Assembly (NCBI RefSeq): GCF_001194135.2
Contig: NC_069002.1
Span: 25,673,428-25,737,427, forward strand
Reading direction: 5' to 3'
DNA from: Octopus bimaculoides
Lineage: Eukaryota
Length of the DNA stretch: 64,000 bases
Shown: positions 51,150-64,000 of the stretch, one piece after another
Layout: every line of letters starts with the position of its first letter
Numbering within the stretch: position 1 is the stretch's first letter
Notes under the pieces: generated by a model
Seen by the model: only the letters and a program-made list of their open reading frames with translations
Databases searched by the model: none
What the model was told of the DNA's origin: nothing
Program-made: the position numbers and the translations under genes

Positions 51150-51495
51150 GTACTTACTCTATCAGTCCTTTTTGTCGAACTGCTAACCTATGAGGACGTA
51201 AACAAAGCAACACCGATGGCCAAGTCATGCAAACACAAACGCACAGACACTCACAAACATACATACAGGCATGCATGCATGCATACATACATACATACAT
51301 ACAGGCATGCATGCATACATACATACATACAGACATATGATAGGCTTCTACACAGTTTCCGTTCACCAAATTCACTCACAAGGGAATGGTTAGTCAGGGC
51401 TATAGTAGAAAACACTTCCCCAATGTGCCGTGCGGTGGAACTGAACCCGAAGCCACATGGCTGCAAAGCAAACTTCAACCACACACCATGCATGC
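51150..51495 (-). mobile_element. SINE family A copy
   Basis: Reverse complement of family A consensus with internal microsatellite. Confidence 0.8.
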
Positions 51496-54400
51496 ATCTA
51501 AGAATCTAGTAAAACACAAACGTTTACTGGGGAGGTAATTGGAGAAGTTTTCTGTGAAGTTCCAACATCACTGAGACAGAATGCTTTTCAAGTTCTTTAC
51601 GTCTTAACTACAATATTTTCCAGGCATAAAACTTACTTTAGATCTCTAAACCAGAGTTGTAGTGTTTGTTTTTGATGTTTCTGTGAATGATGTGATCTTC
51701 TATAAAGGTTTATTGTATATTAAACTCTGTTCTTTGTAATTATAGTTTCGGTTATATGGTAGTTCTTCAGCGTGTTTGACACCGCGCAAGAAACGAGCCG
51801 ATGAAGGAAGTTCCACGTGGTTGCTCGATCCGGTAGAAATAGCGGCCACATTTCCCTCAATTTAGGTTATAGCCTTATAAAAAAGGAAGACAATTTTGGA
51901 TAATGTAATCTACTGCCAGAGGGAAAAGGACCGGTTGAGCACGGTGAAAATACTTTGCTCGTGGCGCTGTTCGATCAGGGCTGTACCATGTTTAAATTAG
52001 AAAAAGTGTAAGAGAAAGAAGAGAAAGAGAAAAACAGATCTTGTCAAGCAAACATTTGGTACAGAAGTTGTCTCTCGAACAATTAGGCGCGAACCACGGA
52101 TCTAGTGATCTGTTCTAGTGTCTTGCTCTTCAAGAATCACTCTGTCATTCACCGAATATCACAGAATAAAATACGACAGTGTAATCATTGTGTTTTCTCC
52201 CCCAACTTTCCAGTGTGTTTCTGGATGTTTCCAAATTAGAGTTTACTCAAAATGGGTACCACAAGGGATAACAAGGTGGGCCGTATATTTTAATATAACG
52301 AGCCGATGAAAAACTTTTGAGAAATAAAGGCGAGGAGACAGGCAAAGATCAATATTGTTTAATCTACAGGAGTTGCTTAATTATCAAATGATATTTCAGG
52401 GAAAAATCCCCTGTTCAAATACAAAAAAAAAAAAAGAAAATAATCAAAGAGTCAGGAGAAATATGTGATTGACAAACGATCTCAGTACTTGTAAAAAAAT
52501 TTTTAAATCCATATTGATCTTTGAGTATTTGTTGTGACGGACACCCCCAGGCGAGAAGTGGGCTGGTCCACTACTGATAAATAATAAACTGACAGAGCTA
52601 GTAATGTCAGTCAGAGAAGTACACTGTTTGGTCCAGTCCCGCAGAGACGACGAAATACGACGTCATAACAGTATTAATTCCTAGCAAGGAGACCGTATTT
52701 TGTTTTGCAACCATTATATATTACCAAGTATATTAAAGGTTTACAAGTCAATATTGTGCCTTACTTTTGTGTTAGCAGTGCGATATTCTCATTTTAAAAT
52801 GTATTTCCACAGACTTTGTATAAAATTTAGAGCCAAAACTAAAACTTTCCACATAACTGAACTTTATAGAAAATCTGTAGAGATAAACTTAAAAACGATG
52901 CTTCAGTGCCTTGAAAGATGTCCTGTAAATAAATTTCGTTATGCAATACTATGATTAATTAAAACGAAGTAATATTTGTCTTAAAATTTTACGTAATTTT
53001 TAAACTTTAAAACAGATTTTTAAAAACTTTTCTCACAAAGTGCGGCTCTGCGCTTTTAAAGTGCACTAATTTTTCGTGCGCTACAAAGTAAAAAAGACCG
53101 ACAACTGCTACTCTAAAAGATTATGAGCCACAACAGAAGCTAATGAATTAATAATTAATAAATTAGTCAAAATGGTCACCCTGACATCCATTTTCTATCT
53201 ATCTATCAATCTATCTATCTATCTGTCTGTCTGGCTGGTTCGTCCGTCTGTCTGTCTATCTATCTGTGCATAAATCCGTATTTGTGTATGTGTGTGTATG
53301 TGTGTGTGTGTATTTCTATGCACGTGTGCGTGTAAATTGGTGAACGTTTGGGTCTACGAACGAAAAAATGACTTACTACATAAAGCTGAAGCTACTGGAA
53401 TCTTTATTCAAAGTTATAGGTTACCGATTATTCAACTGATTGAAGGATGCAGCGTGACAATACAGAAGCAAAAATATTTACAGATACACCGAAAACTCGT
53501 CATCGAGATTTAATGGGTTATTAACGAAGCTGGTAACAAAATGTGTCACATATTTATCTATTCGGTTATTATATGTAGAACACGTGATATATTTAACTAT
53601 TCACATACATAATCACGGGATGTATTCACGTCCTTAATAACATGTGTTAAATGAAATCAAGTGCAAAAAAGAAGGCTATTAAAAATAGTAATTTAAATGG
53701 CTGAGTGTTGATGAAAACTGAAAGCTTTTTAATGTGGCCATCTTTCAGGATATCGGCAATGTATTAAGAAGAAAATAAGCTTTTTTAACCAATCAGAAAT
53801 TCTTCAACTTATATTAATGAAAATGTCTTCATAGCTTGTTAAAAAACTGCAAAATACTGTAATATGATGTTATGCTTCTCTGAGATACATAGATAACACT
53901 TCCTCGAAACATTTATGTAAGGAGACGTATTCTACATTAGACCGATGAATTTATAATTATCGATGCGTAGTTGATTAGGAAACATATCCAGCTATAGTCA
54001 GTGTCTGTTTGTGTGCATGTCCAACAATTGAATAAGTGTACATGTGTCATTTTATAACTTGCATTTGGAAAGGTTCGACCGATCAAATCGCAATGATTAA
54101 CTTAATTTTGAAGTGTTTTTGTACATATATTGTCAGGCCATCTCCCTTCTGCACGTGTTTATATGACTGGCAAGAGAATAGCGATTGAAGAAGCTTTAGT
54201 TCATTTTACATGTATGTGTGTGTGTGTATGTGTGTGTGTGTGTGTGTAAAGGCACGTGACTTCATGCTTAGGGTGTTGGGCTAATGTTCCTAGAACAAGC
54301 TTCACAAGGAGTCATTAAACGACACACTTTATTCCATGTTACTTCAGTCTACCAATAACCATTAGGCTACATGTTTTTAGATAGCATGAATACATAATGC

Positions 54401-55012
54401 CGAGAACAACTTAGGAGCCAAATGTTATGCAGTGACGACAGAACAATATCCACAATCCACTAATATTGGTTTAATCATTTCAGTAAACACGGATAAAAAC
54501 TCTGCACATGTTTCGGTTTTATTATGGCCTTATCAGTAAAGCATACACTTCAACTTCTGCATAATTACCAAAGTAGTGATGGAAGAATCGCTAAATAAAT
54601 ATACAAGAATATATATGGGTAGGCTTACAAAAAGTATGTGGACGTTTGTGTTATGAAAAAAATAAATTAAAAACTATAAATAGAGTCATTTCACTTTTGC
54701 AATAATGTTTTTAATTCAGTCGGGAATCCGACAGAGAAATCATATAATTTTTAATTCTACGTTTATAAAGATTACACGACTGAAAGGTTAAACTAAAGCT
54801 GTCTAAAATATCTCCATAAATCAACATAAAATAAACAAGCTTTATTAAATATTTATCTTTTAGCAGTGCTTGTTGAGTAGGTCGATTATAAATGGAGTCA
54901 CGCACACAGGCACACATGCACAAATACACTTTCACTTTACCTTTCTCTCTCCGTCTCTCTCTCTCTTTCTATCTGTCTGTCTGTCTGTATGTATGTCTGC
55001 CTCCTCTCTCTC

Positions 55013-55062
<50 letters not shown>

Positions 55063-55895
55063 TATTTCAGCATTTGTTCATTTTCGATATTTCCCCCCTC
55101 TTCAATTCATTTATTGGCTTCGGGTTCTTAGACTGTTATCGTACTGGGGGGGGGGNNNNNNNNNNNNNNNNNNNNNNNNNNNNNNNNNNNNNNNNNNNNN
55201 NNNNNNNNNNNNNNNNNNNNNNNNNNNNNNNNNNNNNNNNNNNNNNNNNNNNNNNNNNNNNNNNNNNNNNNNNNNNNNNNNNNNNNNNNNNNNNNNNNNN
55301 NNNNNNNNNNNNNNNNNNNNNNNNNNNNNNNNNNNNNNNNNNNNNNNNNNNNNNNNNNNNNNNNNNACGTACATGCATGCATATAGACATACATATATAC
55401 ACGCATACATGCATACATACATGCATGCATATATACATGCATACACACATACATACATACATACATACCTACATACATATATATATATACATACACACAT
55501 GCATACATACACACATACATACATATATACATACATGCATGCATACATGCTTACATGCATACATACATATATACACACATACATACACACATACATACAT
55601 GCATACATATATATACACACATACATATACACATACATACACACACACATACATACACACACACACATACATACATACATACATACATACAAGCAGATAA
55701 GTAGAATAATATATGGATTCAGAGAATTGTGCTGTGAATACTTATTAATGCAAACATGGAGGCATAATGTCTTCCATGATGAAATTAAATTATACATGGA
55801 GAAGGTTGCAAAACGGCTGTAATCCTATGTAAGCCACGTGGCTAAATAAATATTTATTCACCACTCATACCTCCTGACTTTATGATTTTATACAT

Positions 55896-55947
<52 letters not shown>

Positions 55948-56264
55948 ATATATATTATATATGAGGCTTCATCTTCTGGTGAAGAAATGCCACCTAGAAA
56001 GAATTTGTGCTGGTGCCATGTAGGAGCACTTGTGCCAGTGACACAATAAAAGCACCCAGCATACACAGTAAATTGGTTGGCATTTGGAAGGGAATCCAGC
56101 TGTAAAAACTAAGCCAAATCAACTGGAATGTGATGCAACTCTCCAGCTTGTCAGCTCTGGTCAAACCATCTAACCCATGCAAAATGGACACCAGAGGCTA
56201 GTTATATGTGTGTGTGACAGAAGTGTTAATAGAACAGCATTACTAAACGTAGTGTAACTGACGT

Positions 56265-56585
56265 ATAATACTGTGTAAAATAACTGACGTCCCATCAGTT
56301 ATGACAATCCGATTAACAAAACAGCCTGCTCATGAATTTGATGTGCATGTGGCTGAGCACTCCAAAGACATGTGTACACTTAGTGTAGTTCTCAGGGAGA
56401 TTCAGCGTAACACAGAGTGTGACAAGGCTAGCCCTTGTGAATTACAGGTACATCTCATTTTTGCCAGCTGAGTGGACTGGAGCAACGTGAAATAAAGTGT
56501 CCTGCTCAAAAGTAGAATGTGCTGCCAAGAATGGAACTCATGACCTTACAATTGCAAGCTGAATGCCCTAACCACTAAGCCATGC
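56265..56585 (-). mobile_element. CORE-like SINE family C copy
   Basis: Reverse complement of 21993-22308. Confidence 0.8.
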
Positions 56586-57249
56586 AGGAATTATGATAAC
56601 AGAAAAGAAAATAGCATCTAACAATTCTCTGATTTTATTTTTAATTGTTTATATTTGACTTATCTTTATTAAACAAAAAAAAAAAAATCACATAATTGTC
56701 AGCATATTTCGATGTGATTAAGGTGGTAAGGTCACAGAATCGTTAATAAATCGCTAGTGGCATTTGGTTCATCTTTAGGTTTTGAGTTCAAATTCTATTG
56801 AGGTCGGCTTTTCATTTTATCCTTTCAGGGTCANNNNNNNNNNNNNNNNNNNNNNNNNNNNNNNNNNNNNNNNNNNNNNNNNNNNNNNNNNNNNNNNNNN
56901 NNNNNNNNNNNNNNNNNNNNNNNNNNNNNNNNNNNNNNNNNNNNNNNNNNNNNNNNNNNNNNNNNNNNNNNNNNNNNNNNNNNNNNNNNNNNNNNNNNNN
57001 NNNNNNNNNNNNNNNNNNNNNNNNNNNNNNNNNNNNNNNNNNNNNNNNNNNNNNNNNNNNNNNNNNNNNNNNNNNNNNNNNNNNNNAAAATAGGAAAATA
57101 TAAATTTCAGAAGACAAACCTGATTCTTCCTCCTGAAGAAAAATGGGAGGCGGAGGAGGGGTGGGTGGGGTGCTCTAAAATCTAACAACAAATTTCTCCA
57201 AAGAAATACGATTTTTCTACAGAAACAAACTCATTCATTGCAAATACAA

Positions 57250-57310
<61 letters not shown>

Positions 57311-57324
57311 TATAATGATAATAA

Positions 57325-57750
57325 TCTTTCTACTAAAGACACAAAACTTTTTTGGGGGTGGGGGGAGTACTAGTCGATTACATCAACCCCAGTATTTCAA
57401 TGGAACTTAATTTATTGACTCCAGAAAGGATGAAAGACAAAGTCGACTTCAGAACAGAAGAAAGGATGAAACGCCACTAAGCATTTTGCCTGGCATGCTA
57501 ACAACTCTGCCAGCTCCTTGCCTAGATAATAATAATAATAATAATATTAATAATCATTTCTTTTATAGGCATAAGGGCCTGAAATTTGGTGGGAGGGGGA
57601 TAGTCGATTACATCAACCCCAGTACTCAACTGGTACTTCATTCATTGACTCTGAAAGGGAAGGTAAAATTGACCCCTGCAGAATTTGAACTTAGACTGTA
57701 GGCTAAGCATTTCGTCCAGTGTGTTAACAATTCTGCCAGCTCGCCACCTT
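57325..57750 (-). mobile_element. Two tandem SINE family B copies separated by (TAA)n (more at about 58025-58200 and 58500-58705)
   Basis: Family B consensus, reverse strand. Confidence 0.8.
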
Positions 57751-57759
57751 ATAATAACG

Positions 57760-58010
57760 GTCGATGAAAAAAGGTAGAAGTAGTACCAATAATTGTCGGA
57801 GCCCTGGGAACAGTGAGCAAAAATCTCAAGAAGTACATGGAACAAATAGGGGCTGCATTAAGGGTGGAGCACTTGCAGAAAACAGCACTGCTTGGAACCG
57901 CTCGAATACTCTGGAAAGTGCTCGAAAAATAAGGGTTGTTACCTTAATTCACTGGTAGTGAACAGCTGACACCATAGTACATCTCTAGCGTTAGAAGCTG
58001 TGAAAAGGCA
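57760..58010 (+). mobile_element. Dong/R4 LINE 3' end
   Basis: VEVVPIIVGALGTVSKNLKKYMEQIGAALRVEHLQKTALLGTARILWKVLEK (restriction-like endonuclease C-terminus). Confidence 0.85.
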
Positions 58011-58724
58011 ATGATAATAATAATAATCCTTTCTCTTATAGGCACAAGGGCTGAAATTTTGGAGAGAGAGACAGTCGATTACATCAACCCCAGTGTTGTA
58101 CTGGTACTTAATTTAATTACCCTGGAAGGATGAAAGGCAAGGTTGACCTCGACGGGATTTGAACTCAGAATTCAAAGCTGGAAGAAATACCTTCAAGCAT
58201 TTTGTGTCTTGTAGTTGTTTTGATTGAAGATTCAGTAGTTTTTTTTTTCTTCTTCTCTGATGGAATTTAAGTCTCACCAGTTTTCATAGCTTTTTTCTCA
58301 GCTGACAAAATTTTAGGAGTTTCACTAAATTTAACAGTCTTCTTGTTCAATGATGCCAAAAGAGTTTGAGCTTAAATGGTAGGAAGTTTCATTGAAATAT
58401 TTTTTGTTGGTGGTGATTTAGTTTGAGTTGTAGTTTTAGTAGTTTTTTTTGTTGTTGTTCAATGGTCCAGTGGTTCTGTCAGTTCACTACCTTTAATAAT
58501 GGTTTCTAATTTTTGGCACAGGGCCAGCAATTTTAGTGAATGGGTGAACCTGATTGCATCAACCCCAGTGTTTGACCGGTGTTTATTGTACAGATGCCTC
58601 CCCCCACCGCCAAAGGACAAAAAGCAAAGTTGAATGTAAAGAGCTGGGCCAGATTAGCTAAGCATTTTAACTGACTCACTTAACAATTCTGCCAGCTCAC
58701 TGCCTGTTGTAATCAATGGGGAGA

Positions 58725-59010
58725 GTAACTGTTAACCCAGGGGCATTTGGAGCACTAACAACCAGGTTTTCCAGAGATATATCAGAGAAATTGGAATTGA
58801 AATGAGGGCAGATCAGGTCCCAAAAACTGCTCTATTGGAGACAGCTAGGATTTTGAGTTTTGTGCTTGGGTGTTGAGCGTCGGCCATGATAAGTTAACAT
58901 TCAAGTACCAGAGTGTATAATTTGCAGAAAGAGACCCTGTGACACCTCTGACAACAGGTTGCAGTCTGCTCTCACAGAATCAACCAGAGCAAGTAAGGCC
59001 CGAGAGCTCT
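58725..59010 (+). mobile_element. Dong/R4 LINE 3' end (different subfamily)
   Basis: EIGIEMRADQVPKTALLETARILSFVLGC*. Confidence 0.75.
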
Positions 59011-59049
59011 GAGAAGTAAAGTAATTATAATAATAGTAATAATAATGAT

Positions 59050-59365
59050 AATAGGAGAAACTTTCAAAATACAAAGACCTGGAAACAGAGGCAACTCGAA
59101 TGTGGAGTCTAAAAACAGAAACAATTCCTATCATAGTGGGTGCATTAGGTATGATAGAAAAAATATTCAGACAAATACATAACAAAAACACCAGGACTTA
59201 CAAGTATATATAACATACAGAAAATAGCACTACTAGGCACCATGCACATCCTATGCAAAACACTTTCAATACAGTAACCATAAAAGCACCACAACAAACC
59301 ACAGCACATACCCAAGGCACACAGAGCTGTGCTCAGTAGTGAAGTGAAAGCACATGATAGAAACA
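59050..59365 (+). mobile_element. Dong/R4 LINE 3' end (same family as 9975-11220)
   Basis: KYKDLETEATRMWSLKTETIPIIVGALGMIEKY...IQKIALLGTMHILCKTLS. Confidence 0.85.
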
Positions 59366-59575
59366 ATTAAAAAAAAAATTTTTTTATTTATTAATTTTTT
59401 TTTATTAATTTTTATTATTATTATTATTATTTTTTAAAAATACATATTTTGCCTGTGAATTTGTGTGTGTAAACTGGGAATGCATACAATGAGTTTCTCT
59501 GCACTAGGTGTACGGAAAACACTCGGCGAGAAATGGAAGAAAATTTGAAGAGAGAAGAAAAAAAAGAACAACATG

Positions 59576-59624
<49 letters not shown>

Positions 59625-59649
59625 TGATGATGATGATAATAATAATAAT

Positions 59650-59875
59650 AATAATTGTCGGAGCCCTGGGAACAGTGAGCAAAAATCTCAAGAAGTATAT
59701 GGAACAAATAGGGGCTGCAATAAGGGTGGAGCACTTGCAGAAAACAACACTGCTTGGAACTGCTCGAATACTCTGGAAGGTGCTTGAAAAATAAGGGGTG
59801 TTACCTTAGTTCTCTGGTAGTGAACAGCTGACACCATAGTACATCTCCAGCGTTAGAAGCTGTGCAAAGGCAATA
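59650..59875 (+). mobile_element. Dong/R4 LINE 3' end, near-identical to 57790-58010
   Basis: IVGALGTVSKNLKKYMEQIGAAIRVEHLQKTTLLGTARILWKVLEK. Confidence 0.85.
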
Positions 59876-59959
59876 AATAATAATAATAATAATAATAATA
59901 ATACTACTACTACTACTACTAATAATAATAATAATAATAATTATAACAACAACAACAAT

Positions 59960-60440
59960 AAATAAGGTGAAGGTAGTGCCAATTATTGTTGGGTCCTTGG
60001 AGACAACATCAGAAGGTATCAAAAGGAATATAAAGGAAATTGGAATAGAATGCCCAGTAGAGCTGTTACAAAAGGTTTTCCTCCTTGGCACGACCAGAAT
60101 AATCAGGAAAGTATTCTTTTATACTCTAGGCACAAAGCCTGAAATTTCTGTAGTTAATTAGATCAACCCCAGTACGCAACTGGTACTTAATTTATTGATT
60201 CCAAAAGGATGAATGGCAAAGTCGACATTGGAGGAATTTGAACTCAGAACGTAAAGACAGATGAAATACCGCAAAGCATTTTGCCCAGTGTGCTAACGTT
60301 TCTGCCAGCTCGCTGCCTTACAATAATCAGGAAAGTATTAGATAGCTGGAAAGAATGGATAGCATGGTGCCGTAGGCTGCAGGTAGCAAGCCTGCTATGC
60401 ATGCAAGACTCCAGGAGCTCCAACAAAACCTGAGATAAAG
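59960..60440 (+). mobile_element. Dong/R4 LINE 3' end interrupted by a family B SINE (60116-60321, minus strand)
   Basis: KVVPIIVGSLETTSEGIK...ELLQKVFLLGTTRIIRKV; SINE TSD AATAATCAGGAAAGTATT at 60098-60115 and 60322-60339. Confidence 0.85.
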
Positions 60441-61009
60441 AGAAATAATAGCAATAATAGTAATAATAACTACTCTAACATCTCCCAATGAAAATTTCTT
60501 TGCAAAAAAGAAAAAGGAAAGACAAAGAAAAGGAAAAGAAACAAAGATTTGTTTAATCTCAGAAAAATTTGTTTTTAAAGCAAAAAAAAAACGAAAACAA
60601 GGAAAATTCTTGCAAAAGTAGAAATTTGTCTTAATCTGAAGTATTGTTGTAAATTATTGAGTTTCTGATAATGGAAGGAATTAAGGAAGAATATGGCAGA
60701 ATGTTCTATGGGCACTACACTTGTCCAAGTTGTATGCCGCTCTTAAATTGGTGTCATCTTTAATGTCAGCCAACAAACGAACATTATTATTTATTGGTTA
60801 TTGTTGTCATAGCAACTAATTCTACTTTATATTTATTTCACTCCACACACAGATGAACACGCATGGATGTTTGTGAGCATATGGCTGTAAACATACATCC
60901 ATACACATACACAGATACACACAAACACACATACTCATGTATATATATCTATATATATATTGTATGTATATATGTATATATAAATATATCTAGCTACCTA
61001 CCTATCAAT

Positions 61010-61035
61010 TGATCAATATATAAATGCATATACAT

Positions 61036-61124
<89 letters not shown>

Positions 61125-61355
61125 AATACAGATCTATGTGCATATATGTATGTATATGTATCTATATATATAGATATATATGAACAAAAACACACACAGT
61201 TATCCATATATATTTGTGTACACACACATATACACACACACATGCATATACAAACTCCCTTGGTACACTCACATTTACATACACACCTGCACATAAAGTG
61301 AGATAGACTTTGGCACACCTGCATACACACACACAAATAAGCACAAATAACACAC

Positions 61356-61442
<87 letters not shown>

Positions 61443-61612
61443 TTCTTTCTCTTGAGATTTTAATCAGTGAAAATATTTGCAAACGCAAGAATGATATTCT
61501 GGCTATTGTCATCATCATCATCATCATTGACCACATTATAAATATTCATGTAATTAACAATGCTGTCATTATCATTGCTTTTCTCCTCTTCCTTATCATT
61601 ATTGTCATCTTC

Positions 61613-61651
<39 letters not shown>

Positions 61652-61743
61652 GTCATATTCGTTCACCTAATTATCTTTATCATTACCGCTGTCAGGTATT
61701 GTCCTCTATTGTCTTCACCACCACCACCACCACCACCACTACC

Positions 61744-61777
<34 letters not shown>

Positions 61778-62085
61778 TCACAACCACCATTACCACGCCA
61801 CCACCACCACCACCACAACTACCACCTCTACTACCACCACTACTACCACCACTACTACCACCACTATTACCACCAACACTACCACCATCATCCCTACCCC
61901 ACCCCACCCCCACCACTACCCACACCCCATCATTATAATAATCATCATCATCATCATCACCTTCATCATCTTCATCACCACAACCACCATTACCATGCCA
62001 CCACCATCACCACCACCACCACCACCACCACCACCATCACCACTACCATTATATTCATCATCATCATCATCATCATCACAATTGT
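61010..62085. repeat. Compound microsatellites (AT)n, (CA)n, (CAT/CAC)n
   Basis: Direct inspection. Confidence 0.9.
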
Positions 62086-62339
62086 AGTCAGTTGTGTAAC
62101 TGTAACTCTGGATCTATCCTGTTGGGAGCTGCCCCTGGGTAAACAGTTTATCAGACGAACAACTCTGTGCAATCCACAGATGCTTATCCCTGGGTATCCC
62201 TACACCTCGCTGCAAATGAGCACAGTCTTTACAATGGATTCTGTTTCTCAACATATATTGTTGTTGCTGTTGTGGTGGTGATTGACTGTAATTATTATTG
62301 AGTAGAGCTATAACCAAAAGGGATCCTTGATCTGACCAC

Positions 62340-62640
62340 ATCGCTGCTCTGGTGGCATGAGGATATCTCTGGCCATCATCCACCAGTGCCCTTCCATGAG
62401 GTTCAGAGCTTGACTTGCCAAGACTCTCTATGTTGTGTTGTATGCATACAACCAGCCAGGCTTTTCTTTCCAACCCATCCATTGAAGTTATCAGCTTACA
62501 AACATCTTTGGCAGCCTCTTGCACTCTGCCCCTCCACAATTCCTGTCAGGATGGTCTTGAGCAAGGCTTCATGGCACATTATATATCCAAAATATGATAG
62601 CATCATTGTCTTGATTCCCAACAAGAGGTGTCTTTACATA
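62340..62640 (-). mobile_element. RTE LINE 3' fragment
   Basis: Minus strand LKTILTGIVEGQSARGCQRCL*ADNFNGW, resembling the RTE KTILQGTVEG.R.RGR motif. Confidence 0.6.
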
Positions 62641-63149
62641 TTTTAGCTTTTCTAGTACTTGACTCTTTGTTACCCTGACTCTTTGTTACCCTGTCTTTTC
62701 AGTTTATTTTGTCCAATCCACAAAAGAGCCACATCTCAGAAGCATCAATTTCCTTTTCCAGTGCTTTGTATGTTATCCAAGCTTGTGTCTTGTAGAAGAC
62801 AACCTAAGAAAACATTCTCAGATGTGTCCTTACCATATTTAAGATGGTAAGCTATGATTTGAAGGTGCTTTGGTTGCTGTTCCTAGCAGGTTTAGTAATT
62901 ACATAAAGGGACCTTTGTAGAGGGTCTCCGTATATACGGAACCAAAGAGTCAGATCAGTTTGTGTGCAACGCAGCAGTTGTTGCACCTCTACAGTTACTG
63001 TTGATGCATATCCAGGCTTACTAATTGGGAGTGAAGACATTATTGACGCTGCTGCTACATATTTGCATGTGTGTATGCATATTTATACACACAAACACAC
63101 ACATGCACAAAACAACACTAAAAATATACAGTAAATAGACTCCATTGAA

Positions 63150-63985
63150 TGCAAGGTGGGGGATACCCAGAAGTAGATGCTGGCTTCCGTTACCTAGGTG
63201 ACCAAGTCAGCAGTGGAGGGGGATGTTCTGAGAGTGTACCAGTGAGAATAAGAATAAGCCTCAGAGTGAAAGGCAGATTGTATGAGGCCTGCATGCAGAC
63301 AACCATGCTACATGGCAGAGAAACATGCACTGTGACAGCCAAGGACATGCACAGACTTGAAAGTAATGAATCTCCTATGGTTCGCTGGATGTGCAATGTC
63401 AGCGTGGTTGTATAGCTGAGTGTAAGGGTCTTGAGAGAGAAGTTGGGCATAAGGGGCATCAGATGTGATGCGCAAGAGAGACAACTGTGTTGGTATGGTC
63501 ATGTGATGTGTATGGATGAGGACAGCTGCATAAAGGAGTGCTGATCTCTAACTGCGGAGGGTACCTGTGGAAGAGGTAGACTCAGAAAGACATGGGATGA
63601 GGTGGTGAAGCATGATCTTTGAATGTGGTGTCTCACAGAGACAATGACAAGTGATTATGACATTTGGCAATTTGATGTGCTTGAGAAGACATGACAAGCC
63701 AAGTGAAATCATAGTTGTAGTTGCTGCCAGCGATACGTAACAGCCTTCAGTTCCAGTGATACGTTACAGCTCCCATGCCGGTAATACATAGAAGCACCCA
63801 TGCTGGTAACACATAAAAGACACCCGCTACACTCTGTAGAGTGACTGGCATTAGGAAGGGCATCCAGTCATAGAAACCAAATCAGATTCAGATTGGAACC
63901 TGGTGCAGCTCTCTGGGTTACCACCTCTGGACAAACCACCTAACCCATGCCAGCATAAAAAGTGGACGTTAAATGATGATGATGA
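63150..63985 (+). mobile_element. RTE-clade LINE 3' fragment with UTR and (GAT)n tail
   Basis: FRYLGDQVSSGGGCSES...KGRLYEACMQTTMLHGRETC...RQLCWYGHVMCMDED. Confidence 0.9.
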
Positions 63986-64000
63986 TTATATATATATATA

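Noticed and set aside
54500-54545. Second hammerhead-like motif on the minus strand (CTGATAA-GG...CC-GAAACATGT)
   Set aside because: G8 is mutated, the cleavage position is G, stem II has only 2 bp and there is no stem I; at best a fossil.

Overview
AT-rich, repeat-saturated animal genomic DNA from a gapped draft scaffold with many N-runs. The mix of tRNA-derived SINEs, RTE and Dong/R4 LINE ends and dense microsatellites is typical of an octopus genome (inference from repeat content). No host protein-coding gene could be confidently identified; most ORFs in the track are microsatellite or gap artefacts. Recognisable protein remnants are all transposable elements: a hAT Buster/Charlie (SPIN/GTF2IRD2-like) transposase, two Chapaev3-like (CMC) transposase fossils, a deleted mariner, and many RTE and Dong/R4 3' fragments. 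There are also hAT MITEs with 8-bp TSDs and piggyBac-like TTAA MITE arrays. The best novelty candidate is a tRNA-headed SINE carrying a minimal Penelope-type hammerhead ribozyme, present as a head-to-head pair inside one 14-bp direct repeat (17039-17684). Other oddities are a 102-bp inverted templated insertion, a fold-back inversion in a transposase, a cruciform MITE and two 69-bp minisatellites. Coordinates of decayed repeats are approximate; everything was read by eye with no database searches.
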